64,000 bases of DNA, from positions 2,939-66,938 of the forward strand of contig CAYISA010000004.1 of the NCBI GenBank assembly GCA_964365955.1. Reading direction: 5' to 3'. The notes under the pieces are model-generated. The model had not been told where the DNA came from. It saw only the letters and a list, made by a program, of their open reading frames with translations, and searched no databases. The stretch comes from an uncultured Candidatus Saccharibacteria bacterium. Its GTDB lineage: Bacteria; Patescibacteriota; Minisyncoccia; UBA6257; GWB1-50-10. The translations under genes were made by a program, and so were the position numbers. Each line of letters starts with the position of its first letter. The first letter of the stretch is position 1. This document shows, piece after piece, positions 9,995-18,116 of this stretch.

Positions 9995-10795
9995 ATGAAA
10001 CCGTTTCTTTCCGTCATTATCCCCGCCTACAACGAGTCCCAGCGTCTTCCGCAGACGCTTGTTGATGTGGATAAAAAATTGAGCGAGGTAGAATATTCCT
10101 CGGAAGTGCTGGTGGTAAGCGACGGTTCCAAAGATGCGACGGCCGAAATTGTTCGGCGATTTGCGGTTCACATGAAAAATCTGAAGCTGATTGATAATAA
10201 GGAAAATCACGGGAAGGGGTGGGTGGTGCGACAGGGGATGATGGCTGCAAAAGGGAACTGGCGACTTTTTATGGATGCGGATAATTCCACAACTGTGGAT
10301 CAGTTCAATCTCATGCTCCCGTTCTTTAAAGAAGGATACGATGTGGTGTTCGGATCACGCGCCGTTTCCGGGGCAAAACTGGTGCCACCCCAACCGTGGT
10401 ATCGGCAGATTTTAGGGCGGGGGGGGAACGTGGTTATTCAACTCTTTGCACTTCCGGGCGTGCGTGATTCGCAGTGTGGATTCAAATGTTTTTCGGAAAA
10501 TGCCGCGCCGCGCGTTTTCGGGCTTGCTCGCGTTGACCGGTGGGGGTTCGACGTAGAAGCATTGGCGCTTGCAAAAGTGCTGGGCTACCGCGCAAAAGAA
10601 ATGCCTGTCACGTGGGTGAACGACACGCGTTCCACCGTGGGGTTGAAAGCGTATCTTTCGACGCTGTGGGATGTAGGGCGCATCTGGTGGTGGTTAAAAC
10701 GCGGCAGTTATCCGTTAAACTCGAACTCTTTAAAGCCCGAACCGCCGCGCACGGAAGAAATCGATTCAAATAGTTCAACCGGCGCATTTGAATAA
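9995..10795 (+). CDS. GT2 family glycosyltransferase (GtrB/DPM1-like polyprenyl-phosphate hexosyltransferase)
   Basis: N-terminal LSVIIPAYNES, DGSKD and DAD motifs of GT-A fold GT2. Start moved to the MKPFLS Met to avoid overlapping gtrA (track ORF starts at 9944). Confidence 0.75.
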   Translation: MKPFLSVIIPAYNESQRLPQTLVDVDKKLSEVEYSSEVLVVSDGSKDATAEIVRRFAVHMKNLKLIDNKENHGKGWVVRQGMMAAKGNWRLFMDADNSTTVDQFNLMLPFFKEGYDVVFGSRAVSGAKLVPPQPWYRQILGRGGNVVIQLFALPGVRDSQCGFKCFSENAAPRVFGLARVDRWGFDVEALALAKVLGYRAKEMPVTWVNDTRSTVGLKAYLSTLWDVGRIWWWLKRGSYPLNSNSLKPEPPRTEEIDSNSSTGAFE

Positions 10796-10797
10796 TT

Positions 10798-11814
10798 ATG
10801 GTTTCAAAAAAACATTCTGAACTGCGACAAGATCTGGTTTCGGGGGACTGGATTTTATTGGCTCCAGGCCGGCTTCATGGGAGTCCTGATTTTTCTCTTC
10901 ATAAAGAGAAACGCACAGCAACGCCAAAAAATTCCTGTATTTTCGAAACCCCTTTGGATCACGTGAGCGAAGAGATTCTTCTTGGATATGAAGATGGGCG
11001 GAGCGTGAAGGGGTGGGGAAAGTATCGCCTGCTGATCCTTGAGAATAAATTTCCGGCCGTCCGGCATCCGGAAGGGCGGGTAACCGAGTTGAAATACGGC
11101 CCGTTTCGTGTGGTGCCGGGCGTGGGGCACCATGATCTTCTGATCACCCGCGATCATACAAAAAATTTCCCACGACTGTCGCCAGCCCACGCGCGCGAAG
11201 TGTTCAAGGCATTCGCGGAGCGGTACCGGATGGTGGGCATGGGAAAAGAAATCGCGTACGTTTCCATGTTTCATAACTGGGGTCCGCGGGCCGGGGCTTC
11301 CGTGTATCATCCGCATTATCAGATGATGAGCATTCCGGTGGTTCCGCCGGACGTGGGACACTCGCTTGCCGGATCGGGGCGGTATTTTAAAAAACATCGT
11401 ACGTGTGTCCACTGCGAGATGATTGCATGGGAGCGAAAAATGAAGGAGCGCGTGATCTTTGAAACGGAGCGCGCAATCGCGTTCGCTCCTTTTGTTTCAC
11501 GCAATCCGTTTGAGGCGCGCATTTTCCCGAAACGGCATCTTCCGTATTTTGAAGATTCCGGGGAGGCCGACCGCGATGCGGTTTCCGATATTTTGCAAAA
11601 AATCCTAGAGCGGGTCACGAAAAATATGCGCGACCCGGATTATAATTTTTTCATCCATACAGCGCCGGTACACAACAAAAGCGAGTACAGGCATTACCAC
11701 TGGCACGTCGAAGTATATCCAAAGTTCAACATACGCGCCGGTTTTGAGTTCGGAACGGGAATCGATATGAACATGATCGACCCCGCCTTAGCAGCCAAGA
11801 TTTTGCGAAGATAG
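10798..11814 (+). CDS. galT: Galactose-1-phosphate uridylyltransferase-like (GalT/HIT superfamily)
   Basis: 338 aa. HPHYQ active-site motif (HxHxQ), CVHCEM zinc-site cysteines, second half-domain (HTAPVHNKSEYRHYHWHVEVYPK). Confidence 0.7.
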   Translation: MVSKKHSELRQDLVSGDWILLAPGRLHGSPDFSLHKEKRTATPKNSCIFETPLDHVSEEILLGYEDGRSVKGWGKYRLLILENKFPAVRHPEGRVTELKYGPFRVVPGVGHHDLLITRDHTKNFPRLSPAHAREVFKAFAERYRMVGMGKEIAYVSMFHNWGPRAGASVYHPHYQMMSIPVVPPDVGHSLAGSGRYFKKHRTCVHCEMIAWERKMKERVIFETERAIAFAPFVSRNPFEARIFPKRHLPYFEDSGEADRDAVSDILQKILERVTKNMRDPDYNFFIHTAPVHNKSEYRHYHWHVEVYPKFNIRAGFEFGTGIDMNMIDPALAAKILRR

Positions 11815-11866
11815 CTGGGGGAGAATAGAGCATAAAAGCCCTTTGTATTTGAAGCCCCCACAAGGC

Positions 11867-11894
11867 TTGACTTTTTATAACGGTATGCTATAAT
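11867..11894 (+). promoter_or_regulatory. Sigma70-like promoter of DGR target gene
   Basis: TTGACT (11867-11872), 16-nt spacer, TATAAT (11889-11894). AGGAGA RBS 8 nt upstream of the ATG at 11980. Confidence 0.5.
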
Positions 11895-11979
11895 TCAAGC
11901 AGAAACCTTACCAACGTCTACTTGGAGCCCCTGACCAAATGATGGGGTGGAGAGTAGACACTATACAGGAGATACAACA

Positions 11980-12570
11980 ATGGCAAAGTCCGATATGGTT
12001 CGCGGAATGCTTTTCGGAGTCGAGTTCCTTACAAACGTCGTGAAAGAAGCAAGAAAGCTTGGCAGAACCGATGAGGAAATTCACGAATGGATGAAAACAG
12101 AATCTGATGGGGCAAAGAAAACCGCACAACTCATCGTTGGCACTGCGAAAAACGTCCTTCGTATTCTCGCAAATCTCTCCCTTGCCGACCGTATCGCCCG
12201 TGGGAAGTACGACTGGGTAAACCCCGACATCACAAAAGGGCATTTCCCCACAAACGTGCCTGTAGACTACTCTCCAGACCACAAACTCTATCACTTTGAT
12301 CGTCCCATCTCCTCCGAAGAGGCGATCAAATGGATGGAAAAGGATGGATTCCGCCCGGGGAACGGAGCAGAGCTTCTTGCCTTTGGGGAAACCTTCCGCG
12401 ATGAGCAGAAGGAGTATCCTATCGTAGCTCTTGGTTCGGTCTGGCAGTACTTGGATGGCCACCGCCGCGTGCTGGTGCTCTGCTCGCATGCTTCGGGGCG
12501 CGGGCTGGGTCTGCTTGGGTTTGAGGGTGGCTGGGATGGCAACTATCGTTTCCTTGCGGTGCGCAAGTAA
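11980..12570 (+). CDS. DGR target protein with C-terminal variable region (C-type-lectin/FGE-like fold predicted)
   Basis: Track ORF 11947..12570. The ATG at 11980 has the strong RBS. The last ~47 codons are the VR. C-terminus ...GGWDGNYRFLAVRK resembles the ...GGSWNN...GFRLxR end of CLec-fold DGR targets. Confidence 0.75.
   Translation: MAKSDMVRGMLFGVEFLTNVVKEARKLGRTDEEIHEWMKTESDGAKKTAQLIVGTAKNVLRILANLSLADRIARGKYDWVNPDITKGHFPTNVPVDYSPDHKLYHFDRPISSEEAIKWMEKDGFRPGNGAELLAFGETFRDEQKEYPIVALGSVWQYLDGHRRVLVLCSHASGRGLGLLGFEGGWDGNYRFLAVRK
12427..12568 (+). repeat. DGR variable repeat (VR)
   Basis: 142-bp near-copy of 12889-13030. It differs at 24 positions, every one an A in the TR. Confidence 0.9.
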
Positions 12571-12626
12571 CTTGGACTTGGGACTTTGATGCTTAGATTT
12601 TTAATCTCTTAGTCCCTTAGATTTTT

Positions 12627-12660
12627 GACCCGTTTCGATTTTTGAAACGGGTCTTTTGTT
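12627..12660 (+). terminator. Hairpin plus U-tract downstream of VR (intrinsic terminator and/or DGR target-recognition hairpin)
   Basis: gacccgtttc-gattttt-gaaacgggtc followed by ttttgtt, about 57 nt after the target-gene stop. Confidence 0.55.
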
Positions 12661-12888
12661 ATAATAATTATGGATAGTAGGTTGGAATGCCTGCGGCTAC
12701 GGTTTCAGGCGACCGAATTCCGAAATTTCTTTGTGCAGAGTGGGTGCGGCTACGGTTTCGCCCAGCGCCACGTGGAAGTTTCTAACCCATAAAGATACTT
12801 GGTGTAGAGTATTAAGGAATTTTTTAGATTCCGAATACGATTCAATCCCAAGAATATTCAAGGGATGGTGGAACGGAAGATACTTTGC

Positions 12889-13030
12889 ACACTTGGTTCG
12901 GTCTGGCAGAACTTGAATGGCAACCGCAACGTGCTGGTGCTCAACTCGAATGATTCGAGGCGCAAGCTGAATCTGAATAGGTTTGAGAATGACTGGAATG
13001 GCAACTATCGTTTCCTTGCGGTGCGAAAGT
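12889..13030 (+). repeat. DGR template repeat (TR)
   Basis: Invariant partner of the VR, A-rich at codon positions (AAC/AAT-rich when translated). Not a protein gene (track ORF 12865..13194 is read-through). Confidence 0.9.
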
Positions 13031-13042
13031 CTCTTTATGTGT

Positions 13043-13450
13043 TCATCCCGCCCTTGGCGGGATTTCTTTCAATGATAACTGTTTTATCCAGCCGCCAAGC
13101 ATTCTTCCAATTTCATCGAGTCGTTCTGAAATCGCTATATATTTTTTACTATCAAATGACTTTGTTTCCCACGCGATTTGAAGGAAGAATTTAGCGAGAT
13201 CAAGTTTTGCTCCGGCGGCACGCACAAAAGAAATGCGGTTTTCGGGTATAGCGTAACTTGCTGAAAAGAGAAGCTCCGTGGTATCAAGTAGGTAAACATC
13301 AATTTTCTCGCCAAGTGTGTACCGTGCGGATTTTTGGAGATGTGGCATCATTTCACGCCACAATTTGTATGCCGCCACTAGTTTTTGGATTATCGATTGA
13401 TTATTTCGTCGGGGGGGGGTGTTCCGGGGTTCTTTAGTATCATGTTTCAA
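13043..13450 (-). CDS. avd: Avd-like accessory variability determinant (four-helix-bundle protein)
   Basis: 135 aa. C-terminal helix ISERLDEIGRMLGGWIKQL and upstream AKFFLQIAWETK match the Avd/four-helix-bundle family pattern. Abuts the TR and is encoded on the opposite strand. Confidence 0.7.
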   Translation of the reverse strand: MKHDTKEPRNTPPRRNNQSIIQKLVAAYKLWREMMPHLQKSARYTLGEKIDVYLLDTTELLFSASYAIPENRISFVRAAGAKLDLAKFFLQIAWETKSFDSKKYIAISERLDEIGRMLGGWIKQLSLKEIPPRAG

Positions 13451-14413
13451 AGAATAACAAGTATAGAAAATTTAGTCGAGGCGTGGGAGGAATTTATAAA
13501 AGGAAAGCGGCACAAAAGAGATGTGCAGGGGTTTTTGCTGCATTTAATGGACAACATTCTTGCGCTTCACCGCGATCTTATGGAGCATGCGTACCGCCAC
13601 GGCGGGTACGCCGCATTTGCTGTTTCTGATCCCAAGCCGCGCAGTATTCATAAGGCTCCGGTTCGTGACAGGCTACTCCACCACGCGGTACATCGCGTGC
13701 TTTATCCCCCTATGAATAAACGGTTTATTGCAGACTCATTTTCTTGTCGAACTGGCAAAGGAACGCATGCCGCTCTCGGCCGCTTTCAGAGGTTTTTCTA
13801 TACAGTAAGTAACAACAATACCAAACAATGCTGGGTTTTGAAGTGCGACATTCGAAGATTTTTTGCGAGCGTTCATCATGAAACACTTTTCAACATTTTA
13901 AAGAAAACCATCCATGATTCTGATGCACTTTGGCTTTTACGCCAGATTATTGGCAGTTTTTATATCGGTGAATATGGCAGGGGACTTCCCCTTGGCAATC
14001 TTACCTCGCAACTCTTTGCGAATGTATATATGAACGAATTTGATCGGTATGTAAAGCACACGTTGAAAATAAAACACTATATTCGATATGCAGATGATTT
14101 TGTCATTTTTTCTAACGATCGCGAAGAACTGGGACAGATTATCAAACCCATTAGAGAATTTTTATGCGACGCGCTTTCCTTACAACTCCATGAAGATAAA
14201 GTTGTGATAGAGACCATCGGTTCCGGTATTGATTTTTTGGGATGGGTGCATTTTCCGGATCATAGGGTGTTGCGCACATCAACAAAACGAAGGATGTTAA
14301 GGAAATTGCAGGCAAGGGGAAATAATACTGCCACCATCGCATCTTATTTAGGACTTTTGAAGCATGGGAACACATGTAAACTCGAGGAGGAAATTTCGAA
14401 TAGAAATTGGTAG
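13442..14413 (+). CDS. DGR-type reverse transcriptase
   Basis: RT motifs present: motif 4 LGNLTSQ (DGR hallmark [I/L]GxxxSQ rather than the group II QGxxxSP) and YADDFVIF. About 320 aa, no maturase or endonuclease domain. Start placed at the Met of MFQRITS (track start 13385). Confidence 0.85.
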   Translation: MFQRITSIENLVEAWEEFIKGKRHKRDVQGFLLHLMDNILALHRDLMEHAYRHGGYAAFAVSDPKPRSIHKAPVRDRLLHHAVHRVLYPPMNKRFIADSFSCRTGKGTHAALGRFQRFFYTVSNNNTKQCWVLKCDIRRFFASVHHETLFNILKKTIHDSDALWLLRQIIGSFYIGEYGRGLPLGNLTSQLFANVYMNEFDRYVKHTLKIKHYIRYADDFVIFSNDREELGQIIKPIREFLCDALSLQLHEDKVVIETIGSGIDFLGWVHFPDHRVLRTSTKRRMLRKLQARGNNTATIASYLGLLKHGNTCKLEEEISNRNW

Positions 14414-14422
14414 TATAAATAT

Positions 14423-15187
14423 GTGAGACAAAAGCTTCTTATCGCTAATTGGAAGTCGAATCCCGCGAACTTGCGCGCGGCGGTTGGTTTGGCGCACGCG
14501 GAAGATCTGAAAAGTGTTGTTATCGCCCCGCCCTTTTCTTTTTTGGGTGAAGTTGGAAAAGTATTGCGGAGTGCGGCGTTGGGGGCACAGGATGCGTTTT
14601 GGGAAAATGAGGGGCCCTATACCGGTGAAGAAGGGCCCACCGCGTTAAAACATTTGGGGGTGCGGCATGTGATTCTTGGCCACTCTGAACGGCGGCATTT
14701 CTTAAAAGAAACAGATATAATGGTCGCGCAGAAAACAAAACGGGTTCTAACCGAAAAATTGATTCCCGTTTGTTGCGTGGGGGAGAGTTTTTCCGTGCGG
14801 CGCAAAGGAGAAAAGGCGGCATGGCACTTTGTAGAAAGGCAGGTTTCCACAATTCTGAAGCCATTGCACATTTCAAAATTCGCACACCATCCGCATCTCA
14901 TCTTTGCCTATGAACCCGTCTGGGCGATCAGTACCAGTGGGATGGGGCTTGTAGCTACGCCGGAAAATGCCGCCGTCATGATTTCTAAAATTAAAAGCTT
15001 TGCGAAACGAAAAATACCACGCGTCACAATCGAGTGTTTTTACGGTGGTTCCGTGGATTCAAAAAATATCGCCGCTTTTCTTGAATGCCCGGAAATTGAT
15101 GGGGCGCTCGTTGGGGGCGCCAGCCTGCGTCCTACGGAATTCCGCCGAATGGCTGTTATAGCCGGGAAAATCGGTTCAAAAAAATAA
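14423..15187 (+). CDS. tpiA: Triosephosphate isomerase
   Basis: IANWKSN, catalytic His (LGHSERR) and the AYEPVWAI(S)T loop motif. 254 aa. Confidence 0.85.
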   Translation: MRQKLLIANWKSNPANLRAAVGLAHAEDLKSVVIAPPFSFLGEVGKVLRSAALGAQDAFWENEGPYTGEEGPTALKHLGVRHVILGHSERRHFLKETDIMVAQKTKRVLTEKLIPVCCVGESFSVRRKGEKAAWHFVERQVSTILKPLHISKFAHHPHLIFAYEPVWAISTSGMGLVATPENAAVMISKIKSFAKRKIPRVTIECFYGGSVDSKNIAAFLECPEIDGALVGGASLRPTEFRRMAVIAGKIGSKK

Positions 15188-15191
15188 TTCC

Positions 15192-15965
15192 GTGTCGCGC
15201 ACATCCAAAAAAATTCTGTATGGGGTTATCTACGCGTTCATCTTCTTTTTTATTTTGCGGGGAATCTACGGTTGGGCTACCGCCGTTTATCCGACGTGTT
15301 TTGACGGGATTTCAAACCAAGGTGAAGAGAGGGCGGACTGCGGCGGTCCCTGCACGGCATGCGTGGGAATTGTTTTTGATCCGCTCCGCGTGGAGGGAGC
15401 GGTGAATTTGTTTACGGCAGTCGAGGGACGCGGCGTGCTCTTTGCAAAAGTTTCAAATCCGAATACGGGTTATTCCGCGCGACCGTTCGGATATGTGTTC
15501 CGTGTTTTTAATACCGACGGGCAGTTTGTGAGAGACGTGGAAGGGAGAACAACACTTGCGGCTTCCGCGCAGAAATATATTTTTGCGGCATTTGAGACCG
15601 CAAAAAAACCTTCCACATTCGGGTCCGCGTCGCTTGAAATAAAAGATTCGGCATGGAGCGCGCTGGGTGATATTGTGCGACCAGTCCTTTCATTACCGCA
15701 GAATGTGAAGACCATAATAGACGGGAACACGATCCGCGTGGAAGGAACGCTTAAAAATCAAGGGTTGATGGACGCGCCGGAAGTGGAAATTATAGCGCTC
15801 CTGCACGATCGGTCGGGTTTCCACGATCCGTTTTTTGCAGGCAAAGCCGTGGTGGGGATTTCAAGCATGAGTGAAAATAAATTTTCCGTGTTGTTTCCTT
15901 CGGATAGAGTGCTTGCGGACAAAGTTGATCAGGCGCTTTCGGAAGTGTTCGTAAACATAGAATGA
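15192..15965 (+). CDS. Hypothetical membrane-anchored/extracytoplasmic protein (Cys-rich N-terminal segment)
   Basis: N-terminal TM helix, then CFDG...CGGPCTAC cluster. No known domain. Sits between tpiA and the SEDS gene. Confidence 0.45.
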   Translation: MSRTSKKILYGVIYAFIFFFILRGIYGWATAVYPTCFDGISNQGEERADCGGPCTACVGIVFDPLRVEGAVNLFTAVEGRGVLFAKVSNPNTGYSARPFGYVFRVFNTDGQFVRDVEGRTTLAASAQKYIFAAFETAKKPSTFGSASLEIKDSAWSALGDIVRPVLSLPQNVKTIIDGNTIRVEGTLKNQGLMDAPEVEIIALLHDRSGFHDPFFAGKAVVGISSMSENKFSVLFPSDRVLADKVDQALSEVFVNIE

Positions 15966-17038
15966 CCGCGCGATTCAAAAATCTTGACTGGATTCTTATT
16001 GGTGCGCTTGCCGTTTTTGCCGGCGCGGGGCTTGTAACCCTTGCGAGCTCGAATATCGCTTTTTTCTGGCGACAGTTGGTGTGGTATGGGATCGCGTTTG
16101 GGGTCATATTTGTCGGGAGCCAGTTAGATTGGCGCCTGCTTGCTTCAAAACAGTGGTTCCGATCGGGCATCTATTTTTCGAGCATTGCCCTTCTGGTTGT
16201 GGCTTATCTTCAGCCGCATACCATCCGAGGCACCAAAAGCTGGATTCTGATCGGCGGGTTTCAATTTGAACCGGAAGAGTTGGTGAAACTCGCTTTGATC
16301 ATCGTACTCGCATATTTTTTTTCTAGACGGCACATTGTGGCATGGCAAACGCGCAATCTTGTCCTTTCTTTCATTTATATGTTCATTCCCACGGCGCTTA
16401 TTGTTATACAGCCTAATTTTGGTTCGGCGGTGCTTGTTGCAAGTATCTGGGTGGGGTTCGTTTTGATGAGTGGGATTCACGGAAAGCGATTTTTAGCCGG
16501 GCTTCTTATTCTTGCCGTTCTGTGCGCCGGGTTGTGGATTTTTATTTTCAAAGATTATCAAAAAGAACGCATCACCACATTTTTATTTCCCGAGCGCGAT
16601 CCATTAGGCGCAAGTTATAACGTGATCCAATCGAAGATTGCGATCGGCTCGGCGGGATTGTGGGGGAAAGGATTCGGACAGGGCACGCAGGCACGTTTGG
16701 GATTTTTGCCGGCCGCACAAAACGATTTTCTCTTCGCAGCGTTTGTGGAAGAGTGGGGGATGTTCGGAGGGTTCGTTCTTTTAGGGGCCATGTTGCTCAT
16801 CATTTATCGCCTGATGCAAATTGGCCGGCATGCCCGGGATAACTTTTCTAGGTTTCTGGCTTTAGGGGGAGGAGTCTTCTTTTTGGTGCATTTTTTCATC
16901 AATATCGGCTCAAATATTGGGCTTTTGCCGGTTACGGGGATCACTCTACCCTTCTTCAGTTACGGAGGGTCTAACCTCTTGACGACCGGAATACTCGCGA
17001 GTATAATGGAACATATAAAAATTGAATCCTCAGCATGA
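15962..17038 (+). CDS. SEDS family peptidoglycan glycosyltransferase (FtsW/RodA/SpoVE)
   Basis: 358 aa, about 10 TM helices, conserved SEDS motifs (GxxxNGAxRW-like region, PxTGIxLPFxSYGGS near C-terminus). Confidence 0.8.
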   Translation: MTARFKNLDWILIGALAVFAGAGLVTLASSNIAFFWRQLVWYGIAFGVIFVGSQLDWRLLASKQWFRSGIYFSSIALLVVAYLQPHTIRGTKSWILIGGFQFEPEELVKLALIIVLAYFFSRRHIVAWQTRNLVLSFIYMFIPTALIVIQPNFGSAVLVASIWVGFVLMSGIHGKRFLAGLLILAVLCAGLWIFIFKDYQKERITTFLFPERDPLGASYNVIQSKIAIGSAGLWGKGFGQGTQARLGFLPAAQNDFLFAAFVEEWGMFGGFVLLGAMLLIIYRLMQIGRHARDNFSRFLALGGGVFFLVHFFINIGSNIGLLPVTGITLPFFSYGGSNLLTTGILASIMEHIKIESSA

Positions 17039-18056
17039 ACAAGGAGGTCGGTTTGACCTACGCTTCCTATTTGTCTTGGGAGGCATTTTATTGTTCATTG
17101 TGCTCGTCGGATATTTTTTTTACGGGTTGCAACCCGCGACATCCGTTGAGACGCTCGGAGGAGAAATCGTTCATTTGAAAATTACAAAAGGAGAAGGATT
17201 CAAAGAAATCGCCGCGCATCTTTCCCGCGAGTCGCTGATTCGTTCCATTGGAGTATTTAAGTTGTACGCGATTTTGACGGGACGCGCGCAGAAATTTCAG
17301 CCGGGCGCGTATGAGCTTTCACCCACCATGAATGTGCCGCAGATACTGGATATGCTTTCCCGCGGCGGTCGTAATGAAGTCACGGTTACGATTCCCGAAG
17401 GGTCTACACTCAAAGACATTAATGACCTACTGACGTCGGCGGGGGTACTGGAGGGTGAGGCGACGCTTTCTGGATATGCGTTCGAAAAGTGGAAAACCGT
17501 GTATCCGTATCTTGCGGACGCAAAGACACTCGAAGGGTTTCTGTTCCCGGACACATATCGGTTTAAGATCAATGCGCCGCCCGAGGATATCATCGAACGA
17601 TTGTTGTCGAATTTTGATTCAAAAGCGTGGCCAATCATTAAGGACCAAGTTGATTGGTACGACCGTTTAGTGCTCGCGTCGATTTTGGAACGGGAAGTTC
17701 CGACGTTCGAGGATCGCCAGATGGTTGCGGGGATTTTGTTGAAACGGATCGCGCTCAAAATTCCGCTTCAGGTAGACGCCACGATCGGTTATGCGAAATG
17801 CGGTGGGGAACTGAAAAATTGCAAAAATTCGCTAGTCACAAAAAACGATCTATCCCTTTCTTCTCCTTACAATACGTATCAACACCTTGGTTGGCCTCCC
17901 GGGCCCATTTCGAATCCGGGGGAAGCGGCGTTAAGCGCGGCCGTAAAACCCCAAAAAAGCCCTTATCTGTACTACCTTTCCGCGGCAAAGACGAAAGAAA
18001 CTCTATTTTCCAAAACATTAGACGAGCATAACACCAAACGCGCCCGATACCTTTGA
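17022..18056 (+). CDS. mltG: Endolytic murein transglycosylase MltG (YceG family)
   Basis: N-terminal TM, YceG-like domain with conserved catalytic-Glu region. 344 aa. Confidence 0.7.
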   Translation: MNPQHEQGGRFDLRFLFVLGGILLFIVLVGYFFYGLQPATSVETLGGEIVHLKITKGEGFKEIAAHLSRESLIRSIGVFKLYAILTGRAQKFQPGAYELSPTMNVPQILDMLSRGGRNEVTVTIPEGSTLKDINDLLTSAGVLEGEATLSGYAFEKWKTVYPYLADAKTLEGFLFPDTYRFKINAPPEDIIERLLSNFDSKAWPIIKDQVDWYDRLVLASILEREVPTFEDRQMVAGILLKRIALKIPLQVDATIGYAKCGGELKNCKNSLVTKNDLSLSSPYNTYQHLGWPPGPISNPGEAALSAAVKPQKSPYLYYLSAAKTKETLFSKTLDEHNTKRARYL

Positions 18057-18116
18057 CCCCCTTCCTTTCGTAGGTAAAAAAATAAAAACGTCGTCGAGGT
18101 AACATCTTATCCATAA

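Larger units (their letters stand above)
11980..14413 (+). mobile_element. Diversity-generating retroelement (DGR) cassette: target(VR)-TR-avd(minus)-RT
   Basis: VR/TR pair whose mismatches are all at TR adenines, Avd-like four-helix-bundle ORF, and an RT with DGR-type motif 4 (LGNLTSQ) and YADD. Confidence 0.85.

Noticed and set aside
12865-13194. 109-aa ORF reading through the template repeat
   Set aside because: Its N-terminal part is simply the TR translated in the VR frame (Asn-rich). The remainder is antisense to avd. It is the non-coding DGR template, not a gene.
13385-14413. Possible group II intron or retron reverse transcriptase
   Set aside because: There is no maturase (X), DNA-binding or endonuclease domain and no intron RNA domains V/VI nearby. 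Motif 4 is LGxxxSQ (DGR type) rather than QGxxxSP. An adjacent TR/VR pair with adenine-specific mismatches is present.
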